From the IMG/VR virus record IMGVR_UViG_3300042462_000689: a DNA stretch of 64,000 nt; one strand, given 5' to 3'. Below are positions 47,178 to 55,626 of this stretch, piece by piece. The stretch comes from a virus. The notes under the pieces are model-generated. The model had not been told where the DNA came from. It did not search any database and worked only from the letters and a program-made list of their open reading frames with translations. Position 1 is the stretch's first letter. The number at the start of each line of letters is the position of its first letter. Position numbers and translations under genes: made by a program.

Positions 47178-50100
47178 TTGAAGGGCATTCGACTCCTTCT
47201 CGAACACCAGCTCCCGCACGGCCTGCGGGACTACGGCCGCAATTACGACGCCAAGGGCTTCAACCAATTGCTGGCCCGTGCTGCGCGTGAGCATCCCGAG
47301 GAGTATTCCAGCATCATCGGGAAGATTGCGGACGTAGGGCGCAATGCCAGCTACGACCAGGGCGAATCCCTGACGCTGGAAGATCTCAAGCCTGTCATCG
47401 ACAAGGACTCCATCTTCAAAGGGATGGAGGCGCGAATTGCCCAAGCAAAGAAAGGCGCGAATACCGACGCCGAGTTCCGCACGAAGCGGATGAAGATCTG
47501 GCAGGACACCAATGAGCATGTCACCAGGGAGACGCAGCGGGAGGGCCTGCGCCGCGGCAACAACATTGCCTACTCGGTATTGAGCGGAGCCCGAGGCAAG
47601 GCGCCGCAATTGAACTCGATGATTTCGGCACCAGGGATATTCCAGGATGGGAATGGTACGCCAATTGAGATGTACGCGACGCACTCGCATGCGGAGGGAT
47701 TGCGTCCGGCGGAATTCCTGGCCAGCACCTACGGGGCGCGTAGTGCCGTTATTTCGACGAAAAAAGCCACGGCCGTCGGCGGTGACTTCTCCAAGCAACT
47801 GTCGTCCCTGCTTTCCACGCTCAATACCACCAGGAAAAGCACCGGCTCGGACAATGGCGTGGATCTGGACATTGAAGATCCCAGCCTCAAATACCGAGTG
47901 CTCGCCAAGCCCGCAGGAGGCTTCAGCGCCGGCACCATGATCACAACGCCGGTGCTGGCGGAGTTGCGCCGCAAGAAGGTGCCCTACGTCATTGCCCACA
48001 GCCCAATCACTGATGACTCTCCGGAGGGTATCGCATCGGAAAGCGTGGGCGGAATGGATGGTGGGCACCTGTATGGTATTGGACGTACGGCAGGCATCAC
48101 CGCCGCAAACTCAATTGGCGAGCCGATTACCCAATCTGCGCTGAACGTGAAACATTGCCTCAAGGAAGGCACCATGGTGCGAATGGCCGATTTGTCCGTG
48201 AAGCCGATTCAGGAGATCAAAGCCGGCGAATGGGTCCTGGGTTCTGATATCACAGGCGCCACTTTCCCAGTGAAAGTGAAATACGTATGGGATCAAGGCA
48301 TTCAGCCGGTTCAGCGCTATATCTACAAGCAAGGGCAGACAAAACGCCGGCTGACCTTGGAGTGCACGGACACGCACATCGTGCTGAGCAATAAGAAAAC
48401 GACGGGTGAGTATCTGCGCAAAAAATATGCAGGAAAATACGGCTTCGGATGTCCGGAAAATTATTTAGCCTGCAAACTTCCTGCGGGTTATCCCCATAAA
48501 AACATTGCGGCAGTGCTGCCTGTAGAATGTAAGATTGATGCGGCACTGGAAACGCACGAACCATTGGCTGTCCTGTGTGGAGCACTGCTCGGCGACGGTA
48601 TTCGCTGGGATTCTGAAAATCATGCGGATGCGTCCATTCGCTTTTCGTGTGCGGATCCAATGCTCATTGCGGATTTGCAAACCCCGCTGGCAACTGCCGG
48701 ACTCGCACTGAAGAAAAGAAAGCGCAGCCATGATTACGCAATAGTCCACACATCGACTCAAGGGTGGGGAGACCGCAGCGCAACGACTGGGCAGATGGTG
48801 AAGACCGCTACCCGGCACCCAATGAAGGTGAAGATGCTGGAGTGGGGAATTGCGAACAAGTATGCCCACGAGAAGCGGGTGCCCGTGCAGGCCTTGTATT
48901 GGGATAAAGCCTCTGTGTCTGCTTTGCTCGCAGGATTTATTGCCACGGACGGTAGCATTGGAAAAAACAAAGCCGGCCATGTTTTCATCAGCTTCGCCTC
49001 CACGAGTCGCGGGATGTTAGAGGATTTGCGACGTCTGTTGGAGCTTCGTCTTTGTGTGTACACTTCGGAAATCACCAACACGGCAAAAGCGGGAACTCGC
49101 AGCTACAAACATGATGCGTGGGCATTTGCAATTACACGACAAGATCAGATTCAGAAGCTGGTAGGCATGCTGCCTCCAATTCCGGGGTGCAAAGGCCCAA
49201 GGACAAAAGACCTACTGGAGAATGCAAATTACGAATTGCGGAATCCCGAGCTATTTTACCGCGCCAAGCGCGAATCAATTACTGAGATCGGCAACCACCA
49301 TTGCTGGGACATCACAGTGGATCATCCGGACGAGCTGTTCGTTTTGGAGAACGGATTGATTGTGAAAAACACCGCAGGAGTCGCCGGTAAAAAGAGGGAG
49401 TTCTCGGGAATGAACGCCATCAATGCATTCGTCCAAAGCCCCGAAGCCTTCCCCGACAAAGCCCCCGTGTCCGAATTGGAAGGCACCGTGCATTCCATCA
49501 AGGATGCCCCGCAGGGAGGCAAGTTCGCTTACGTGGGCGACCATGAGCACTACATTCCCGAGGGCCTGGGTCTGCTGGTAAAGCCAGGCGACAAGCTGGA
49601 GGCCGGTGACGCCTTGAGCGAGGGCATTGTCGATCCCAGGGACATTGTCCGGCTGCGGGGATTGGGCGAGGGCCGCCGCTATTACGCCACCCGTCTCAAG
49701 CAATTGCTCGATGACAGCGGCATCAAGACGGATTTGAAGCACACCGAGATGGTGGCGCGCGGAGCATTGGACCATGTGCGCATTACGGATGCGGAAGGCC
49801 TGGGCGACTACCTGCCCGATGACACCGTCTCCTACAACAAGCTGGCGGCCTCCTACGTGCCGCCGGCCGATTCGGAGCGTGTGCATCCAGGCCAGGGCGT
49901 CGGTCGGTATTTGCAGGCCCCGGCCCTCCATTACACCATCGGAACCAAATTGACCCCGAGGATGGCGGAGCATCTGGCTTCCCGCGGGTATGACAAAGTC
50001 GCGGTGGCAAATGATGCGCCGGGATTTGAGCCGGACATGGATCGTCTGCGGACGGCGGGAAGTGCGTCAACGGACTGGGCCTCGAAACTGACCAGCAGCT

Positions 50101-50234
50101 ACGTCGCAAAAAACATGGCGGAGTCGGCAATGCGAGGGGAGGACAGCGATTTTAGTTCGAATATTTCACCATACCCGAGACTCGCAATAGGAAAAAACTT
50201 TGCCAATGATGTAGAGAAGACTGGCAAATTTTGA
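47178..50234 (+). CDS. rpoC: DNA-directed RNA polymerase beta' subunit, C-terminal half (bridge helix, trigger loop), intein-containing
   Basis: SGARG, EGLRPAEFLASTYGAR..V.STK.ATA.GG (bridge helix), AANSIGEPITQ.AL.VKH (trigger loop), DPRDIVRLRG, KHTEMVAR; TTG start with AGGAGG upstream. Confidence 0.93.
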   Translation: MKGIRLLLEHQLPHGLRDYGRNYDAKGFNQLLARAAREHPEEYSSIIGKIADVGRNASYDQGESLTLEDLKPVIDKDSIFKGMEARIAQAKKGANTDAEFRTKRMKIWQDTNEHVTRETQREGLRRGNNIAYSVLSGARGKAPQLNSMISAPGIFQDGNGTPIEMYATHSHAEGLRPAEFLASTYGARSAVISTKKATAVGGDFSKQLSSLLSTLNTTRKSTGSDNGVDLDIEDPSLKYRVLAKPAGGFSAGTMITTPVLAELRRKKVPYVIAHSPITDDSPEGIASESVGGMDGGHLYGIGRTAGITAANSIGEPITQSALNVKHCLKEGTMVRMADLSVKPIQEIKAGEWVLGSDITGATFPVKVKYVWDQGIQPVQRYIYKQGQTKRRLTLECTDTHIVLSNKKTTGEYLRKKYAGKYGFGCPENYLACKLPAGYPHKNIAAVLPVECKIDAALETHEPLAVLCGALLGDGIRWDSENHADASIRFSCADPMLIADLQTPLATAGLALKKRKRSHDYAIVHTSTQGWGDRSATTGQMVKTATRHPMKVKMLEWGIANKYAHEKRVPVQALYWDKASVSALLAGFIATDGSIGKNKAGHVFISFASTSRGMLEDLRRLLELRLCVYTSEITNTAKAGTRSYKHDAWAFAITRQDQIQKLVGMLPPIPGCKGPRTKDLLENANYELRNPELFYRAKRESITEIGNHHCWDITVDHPDELFVLENGLIVKNTAGVAGKKREFSGMNAINAFVQSPEAFPDKAPVSELEGTVHSIKDAPQGGKFAYVGDHEHYIPEGLGLLVKPGDKLEAGDALSEGIVDPRDIVRLRGLGEGRRYYATRLKQLLDDSGIKTDLKHTEMVARGALDHVRITDAEGLGDYLPDDTVSYNKLAASYVPPADSERVHPGQGVGRYLQAPALHYTIGTKLTPRMAEHLASRGYDKVAVANDAPGFEPDMDRLRTAGSASTDWASKLTSSYVAKNMAESAMRGEDSDFSSNISPYPRLAIGKNFANDVEKTGKF
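48156..49370 (+). mobile_element. intein (405 aa) with LAGLIDADG endonuclease
   Basis: CLKEGTMVRMAD start, GALLGDG and LAGFIATDG motifs, WDITVDHPDELFVLENGLIVKN end, Thr+1. Confidence 0.93.
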
Positions 50235-51385
50235 ACACACAAGAACTCATAGACTCTGCGTTAATCTCAATGGATCTCGCGGCGGTGTCGCAGCTCGCAC
50301 TGCCTGAATCCTGCGGCATTTACGCAATTTTCTGTAAACCGAATGGTAAGCTATATCTAGGGAGCGCAGCGGGTAAGCGCGGATTGCGTGATCGCTTCCG
50401 TAAGCATCGTAGCGCTCTGATTCTCGGGAAACACCACACCCCTTATTTGCAGGCAGCGTTTGTAAAACACGGGATTCAGGCATTTTCTTTTCACGTAATC
50501 GAGCTGACCTGCAAGGATGAGACAGTAGCCAGGGAGCAAATGTATTTGGATAAATTCAAATCCTACGATCGTGCGGTGGGATTTAACACTAATCCGAAAG
50601 CGCAGTCTCGTCTTGGGGCTGTGCACTCGGAGGCTACCAGATCGAAGATATCCGCGGTCTTACGCGCCCTACCATCGGATGTGAAAGCGCGCATCAAGGC
50701 ATCGAAACCACCATGCACGGAATCTGCAAAGCTGAGATACAAGGAATTGTACTCAAAAGATTTTGCCTTGGAAAAAGATGGCGTTGTTTACAGTGGTAAA
50801 AACGTAACGCAGTTTTGTCGCGAGCACGGACTCGATCGTGCGGGGCTTGGGCGTGTGCTTAACGGGCAATGGCATTCATGCAAAGGCTGGCATCGCGTTG
50901 GCGAAGCTCCCGAGTGGGAGCGATTCAAGAAGGAACGACAGGAATTGGACGATTACAGGGTCACACATCCGCTACGCCCTAAAAAACACGGGCGAGGTCT
51001 GCGTCCCAAAGTGACGCAACGACGAAAACCCAATTCACCATTCAGGCTTCTATTTGAAGGGAACATTTATGAAGGAACAAATGTGTGCGCTTTTGCACGT
51101 AATCACGGATTGCAGCCCGGACGATTAAATGAGGTGGTGCTCGGCAACAGCAACGTCCATAAAGGGTGGACCCTTCCGGAGAATCCGGTGCCGACATACA
51201 TTCTCATCGACCCTACCGGAAGCGAACATGTGGTGTGTGGTGTCACTAAGTTTGCGAAAGCACATCAATTACACATTCAATCGGTGTGGCAACTTTGTGT
51301 GGGGTACTCAAAACAGTACAAAGGCTGGCGTCTTGCCCCCGAGATCAATTCCGAAGCAAAAGCACAGCTGACCGGTCGTTTTTGA
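50231..51385 (+). CDS. free-standing GIY-YIG homing endonuclease with repeated C-terminal DNA-binding modules
   Basis: GIYAI...KLYLGSA...RF..H...L; EQ.YLD...GFN; three N(V)..F.R.HGL...L..V..G...KGW repeats; TTGA overlap with the rpoC stop. Confidence 0.88.
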   Translation: MNTQELIDSALISMDLAAVSQLALPESCGIYAIFCKPNGKLYLGSAAGKRGLRDRFRKHRSALILGKHHTPYLQAAFVKHGIQAFSFHVIELTCKDETVAREQMYLDKFKSYDRAVGFNTNPKAQSRLGAVHSEATRSKISAVLRALPSDVKARIKASKPPCTESAKLRYKELYSKDFALEKDGVVYSGKNVTQFCREHGLDRAGLGRVLNGQWHSCKGWHRVGEAPEWERFKKERQELDDYRVTHPLRPKKHGRGLRPKVTQRRKPNSPFRLLFEGNIYEGTNVCAFARNHGLQPGRLNEVVLGNSNVHKGWTLPENPVPTYILIDPTGSEHVVCGVTKFAKAHQLHIQSVWQLCVGYSKQYKGWRLAPEINSEAKAQLTGRF

Positions 51386-51392
51386 TCTGCAA

Positions 51393-51695
51393 ATGATCCT
51401 TGCCACCCCGTGGAACATTGGTCAGCCTGTCCCCATGCCTCGCATCTATCAAGCCGACGAAATCTTGCAGGATCCCAAGCCGAAGCTCATGGCCCTCATC
51501 GCGAAACTCAAACCGGGGCAGTCATACGTCCTGCTGGAGCTGGCTGAGGAACTCGGCATCTCGCATGACACGATGAAGCGGATCACGCCGAAGGAGAACA
51601 GGCGCATCGCGCGTGTCGCCGGATATCATAAACCCGTCATTCTAATCACATGTCCAGACGCATCCACACCCCAACCCCGCACGAAGAAGAAATAA
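51393..51695 (+). CDS. small HTH-like protein
   Basis: LLELAEELGISHDTMKR. Confidence 0.6.
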   Translation: MILATPWNIGQPVPMPRIYQADEILQDPKPKLMALIAKLKPGQSYVLLELAEELGISHDTMKRITPKENRRIARVAGYHKPVILITCPDASTPQPRTKKK

Positions 51696-52696
51696 TCCGG
51701 TTGGAGCAGCAGCTCCGGGGGAACAAGGTGCAAATTGCGGATTTGCGCAAAAGCGTGGCGCGGGCACGCACCGAGGCGGATTTGTGGCAGGAGAAATACG
51801 ATGAGGCGCTGGCCATCATGGAACCTCAGAACATCCAGCCACTGCTAGCGTCCTCGTCCCAGCAGGAGGAGCGCCGCGGTGTGTCCCTCGTCGGCCTGAG
51901 CGACTGGCATGTGGCAGAGAAAATCGACAAGGCCAAGGTGCGCGGCCTCAACAGCTACTCGCCGGCCATTTGCCGCAAACGCGCAGTGCATTGCATGGAG
52001 AGCATTATCCGCCTGCAGCGTCATACCGTGAAGAGCTACGACGCCTCCACGATGGTGCTGTGGCTGGGTGGGGATTTCGTCACTGGGTATTTGCATCCTG
52101 AATTGGAGCAGACGAACTTCATGGGCCCGGTGGAGGAATCGTTGTTCGCTGTGGAACTGCTCACGCAATGCATCGGGATGCTGGCCCAGGAGAAGAGCAT
52201 CAAGAAATTGCACATCGTCTGCCAGCGGGGCAATCACGGAAGGACGACGAAAAAGATGCAATTCAAAAACGATTTCGAAACCTCACACGAGACCATGGTG
52301 TATGCCGCACTCGCCGGCTCCATCAAGGCGGATCACATTCAATGGGAGATCCCCAAGGCAGATGTGCATTACGTGGATTTGCTGAAGGACTGGCGGTTGC
52401 GCTGCTTCCACGGGCATCAGGTCAAATACAACGATGGCGTGGGTGGTGTCTCGATCTCGCTCAACAAATGGGAGGCCAAGCAAGACCAGACCCGGAAGGC
52501 CCATCACAACATCATGGGGCACTTCCATCAGTACTCGGAGCCAAACACCCGGACGACGATGAACGGATCGCTCAAAGGATGGGATGAGTACGCCGCGAGC
52601 TTCGGCTTCCCTTACCAGGAGCCGCTGCAGACATTCCTCCTGCTCGACGCATCCAGGCGGATGGTGGCGCAGCGCATGCCGGTCTTCTGCGCGTGA
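51650..52696 (+). CDS. calcineurin-like metallophosphoesterase with N-terminal coiled coil
   Basis: LSDWH, GGDFVTG, GNHGR, HGH, GHFHQ, NGSLKGWDEY. Confidence 0.88.
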   Translation: MSRRIHTPTPHEEEIIRLEQQLRGNKVQIADLRKSVARARTEADLWQEKYDEALAIMEPQNIQPLLASSSQQEERRGVSLVGLSDWHVAEKIDKAKVRGLNSYSPAICRKRAVHCMESIIRLQRHTVKSYDASTMVLWLGGDFVTGYLHPELEQTNFMGPVEESLFAVELLTQCIGMLAQEKSIKKLHIVCQRGNHGRTTKKMQFKNDFETSHETMVYAALAGSIKADHIQWEIPKADVHYVDLLKDWRLRCFHGHQVKYNDGVGGVSISLNKWEAKQDQTRKAHHNIMGHFHQYSEPNTRTTMNGSLKGWDEYAASFGFPYQEPLQTFLLLDASRRMVAQRMPVFCA

Positions 52697-52866
52697 AAAT
52701 CATCCAGGCCATTTTCGGCGAGCCGCGCCTTTTCAATTTCATCATCATGGCGCTGTATTGCATGGCCGCCATCTGGTGGGCCCTTCACCGAAAATGGGCG
52801 GATGCCTGCTACTGGCTCTCCGCACTGGCGATCACTGCGACTGTGACTTTCGGATACAAGCGCTGA
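52693..52866 (+). CDS. small membrane protein (57 aa, not in the ORF track)
   Basis: MKIIQAIFGEPRLFNFIIMALYCMAAIWWA...; GTGA overlap. Confidence 0.6.
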   Translation: MKIIQAIFGEPRLFNFIIMALYCMAAIWWALHRKWADACYWLSALAITATVTFGYKR

Positions 52867-52868
52867 CC

Positions 52869-52967
52869 ATGCACCGCCCCCTTGTCCTGCGTATCGTGCT
52901 CGCCATATGCGCCTGCATCATCCTGCCTTTGCTCGCCCTGCTCAACCGCAACAAGCCGACCCCATGA
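52869..52967 (+). CDS. single-TM micropeptide (32 aa)
   Basis: MHRPLVLRIVLAICACIILPLLALLNRNKPTP; ATGA overlap with the next gene. Confidence 0.45.
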   Translation: MHRPLVLRIVLAICACIILPLLALLNRNKPTP

Positions 52968-53341
52968 AGCCCCGCACACTACACCCCCTCCCTTTCACAG
53001 TGCAGCCGCTGGACGTGTCTGATTTTGCCAAGCCCACCGAACTCTACCCGGAGACCGTCACGGAGGAGGCGCAGCGAATCACATCCGCCGATCGCAATGC
53101 CGCCTACGGACATCCCCTCGACAACCATCAATGCACCGCGGACCTGCTCACCGTATGGCTGCGTCGCAAATACGGGGCTGCGGTGCCGCAATTGACGGCC
53201 GAGGACATCTGCACTTTCAACATGATGCAGAAGCTCAGCCGGGAAGCCCACGCCCCCAAGCGGGACAACTTGGTGGACGTCTGTGGCTACGCCAGGAATG
53301 CCGAGATGATTGCGCAGCGCCGGGCACAGAAGGCGCTCTGA
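52964..53341 (+). CDS. DUF6378-type protein (all-alpha nucleotide pyrophosphatase-like)
   Basis: EEA..I...DR...YG.P..N....A.L; K.SR......DN.VD..GYA. Confidence 0.8.
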   Translation: MKPRTLHPLPFTVQPLDVSDFAKPTELYPETVTEEAQRITSADRNAAYGHPLDNHQCTADLLTVWLRRKYGAAVPQLTAEDICTFNMMQKLSREAHAPKRDNLVDVCGYARNAEMIAQRRAQKAL

Positions 53342-53405
53342 CCGCAGATCGATTGTTTCTTTTGTCAGATTGACGGGGGTGCGTGGCGTAGTGGATCATC
53401 CTCGC

Positions 53406-53654
53406 ATGACTCCCGAGCAGACCACGGCACTGGACAGGGCAATTGAACTCATCGGGGAGTTCTTCGACAACGCCGTCATCGTGGTCCAGCCGGACCCGCA
53501 GAAGCCAGATGCCGAGGTGCGCTACAGTGGATCCTGTCTGGCCGCCGCTTCGCTGTGCGACTACGGGGGCATGTTCTGCAACGGGGAGCTGGAGGCGGGC
53601 GATGAGGAGGAAGAATCTGATGACGGCGATGACTGGAAGAAAAAAAAGGCATGA
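53406..53654 (+). CDS. small acidic protein
   Basis: TTGACG-N18-GATCAT upstream; acidic tail. Confidence 0.6.
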   Translation: MTPEQTTALDRAIELIGEFFDNAVIVVQPDPQKPDAEVRYSGSCLAAASLCDYGGMFCNGELEAGDEEEESDDGDDWKKKKA

Positions 53655-53813
53655 AAGGCGATCAGCATGCGCCGCTTTTTTCCCGTTATTGACGATGAGG
53701 AATATGGGGAGTCCTGGCTGCTTGGGTCTGGTAGCGTGCGGGATGAGCCGGTCCATCGACGCAGGAAGTCCAAGCCAATCCGACAGGTAAAACGCAACCG
53801 TCGTTTTCGGCAA

Positions 53814-53842
53814 TTGCAATTCATTTGAATCTCAGCCATCAT
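53814..53842 (+). promoter_or_regulatory. sigma70-like promoter candidate
   Basis: TTGCAA-N17-CATCAT. Confidence 0.35.
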
Positions 53843-53853
53843 TCCACACACTC

Positions 53854-55584
53854 ATGAATCCTCGTCTTTTTGGTGCCTACCTTTCCACGATCAAATCTGC
53901 GGTCACTAGGACTACAAAACCAACCGCCGCGGAGGATGCCGCTGATACGGCTATGTTGGAGGAGAAGGCCAAAGCTTTCATGTCACAGCCGTCCGGATCC
54001 CCAGGTAAATCAGAGGCCGACAAAGTCATGGACAGCGTGAGTAAACAGAAAATGCCTGAAACACCGATGCCTGTGGGTGCAGCCGGACTGAACTCCATGG
54101 TGGGGCTGTTTGGTCCGGCAGCCCTTGGTGGTCTCGGGGGTGCACTGCCCGGCAATTCCGGAATGGTGCCCGGCACGTTACGCGGCATGACGGCGGGGGT
54201 GGGCGGCAATCTCGGCCACATGCTGGGAGCAGAAGCCTCCGAGGCCCTGGAACACGCGGGCATACAGAGCCCGGCATTGCGCTCCCTGCTGCCGATTCTC
54301 GGCTACGGAGGCGGTGCCTATGCGGGCTACCGCGCCGGCAAGGCGCTCACCAAAACGGACAAGGAAAAGGCGCAGGAGAAGAACGCAAATCTATTCTGGA
54401 AAAAGCTGAAGACCCCCGTTGGAATTAAGTCTCTCTGGGGTCCCTCCGATGGTGCATCCTCCGTGCGATTAGACGCCGAGCGCACAATGGAGCCCAGACT
54501 TCTGACTCGGTTATTCTCGTCTCCGAGAAAGGATTATGATCGTCTGCAGGCATGGATGAAAGATGAACTTGGTAATATGGATCCCGAAGATCGAGAACTT
54601 GGTTCTTCGCCAATGGGGCGTGGAGTTGTGGCCTCCCTTATGCTACCAGCCATGCATCCGGACCGATATAAACAAGAGGGCGACAGTCCTCTTGGTAATG
54701 AGGACATATTTGAAAACTCGATTTATCCAGCAGACAAGACGCGCACCAAAACGGACAAAAAGAAAACTGCCTCCAATTCCCAATTCGAAACCCTGAAGGC
54801 CCCCAAAGTCGACATCAGCGGTTTGAAGAATTGGAATCAACTGGACCCGACGGCCTACTCGGATGATTCCGGCAATAGCGGCTGGCATTTGAATATGCAG
54901 AAGTCGGCGGCGATGGAGAAGGATGCCCTCAGTTTGCTGGCAAAAGCGTTCCCGGCGGCACTGAGCTGGGGCGGCAAGGCCATTGCTAATAAAGTGCGCG
55001 CGATCCCTAAAATGCTTGGCAGCGCGGCGAAGTTCCTCGGAAAAGAAAATCCACAAGTTGCCGGCCTGGGGGCTGCTGCTCCTGCCGCTGCAGGCACATG
55101 GAGAAACCGCTTGTTCGACTGGGGCCGTAAAATTCGCGGCACTGCAACCAACGCCACCAACGCAGCCAATTCTGCATTCCAGACCAATCGCGTGGCACCA
55201 ATGATGCGCGCCTTCAACCAGCTTCCGCAATGGGGGCAGAAGACGCTGGGAGCGCTGGGTAGCGTCGGGCGTTTTGGTGGGAATGTGCTTGCGGGCGGGG
55301 CGGGTACCGGCAAAGGGTTGGGCGGAATGCTAGGTGCAGGTACCTCACTCTGGGGTGCGGGGAAGGCTGGTCATGGCATAGGGATGTATGACGGTGCGCA
55401 GCTCGGCGTGCAGGGTGCCGCCGGCTATGCCTCAAACATGCTCGACGATCTCGCCGGAAAGGCTGATGGTTCCATCATCGACCGCATCGGCATGGCCTAC
55501 AAAATGTCCGACCCGGAGTTCCTGCGCAATACGGCAAAGGAAATGCGCGATCCGAAATTCGTGAGCAAAATGATGGGTCGCTGA
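53854..55584 (+). CDS. probable internal/ejected virion protein with NPRLFG leader and glycine-zipper segments
   Basis: MNPRLFGAYLSTIKSA; several K-x-A motifs; GxxxG-rich hydrophobic blocks. Confidence 0.75.
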   Translation: MNPRLFGAYLSTIKSAVTRTTKPTAAEDAADTAMLEEKAKAFMSQPSGSPGKSEADKVMDSVSKQKMPETPMPVGAAGLNSMVGLFGPAALGGLGGALPGNSGMVPGTLRGMTAGVGGNLGHMLGAEASEALEHAGIQSPALRSLLPILGYGGGAYAGYRAGKALTKTDKEKAQEKNANLFWKKLKTPVGIKSLWGPSDGASSVRLDAERTMEPRLLTRLFSSPRKDYDRLQAWMKDELGNMDPEDRELGSSPMGRGVVASLMLPAMHPDRYKQEGDSPLGNEDIFENSIYPADKTRTKTDKKKTASNSQFETLKAPKVDISGLKNWNQLDPTAYSDDSGNSGWHLNMQKSAAMEKDALSLLAKAFPAALSWGGKAIANKVRAIPKMLGSAAKFLGKENPQVAGLGAAAPAAAGTWRNRLFDWGRKIRGTATNATNAANSAFQTNRVAPMMRAFNQLPQWGQKTLGALGSVGRFGGNVLAGGAGTGKGLGGMLGAGTSLWGAGKAGHGIGMYDGAQLGVQGAAGYASNMLDDLAGKADGSIIDRIGMAYKMSDPEFLRNTAKEMRDPKFVSKMMGR

Positions 55585-55613
55585 TTGCCAACGACACACA
55601 ATTCCAATAGAGT
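55585..55613 (+). promoter_or_regulatory. sigma70-like promoter
   Basis: TTGCCA-N17-TAGAGT upstream of the 55627 ATG. Confidence 0.55.
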
Positions 55614-55626
55614 CAACGAATACCAA

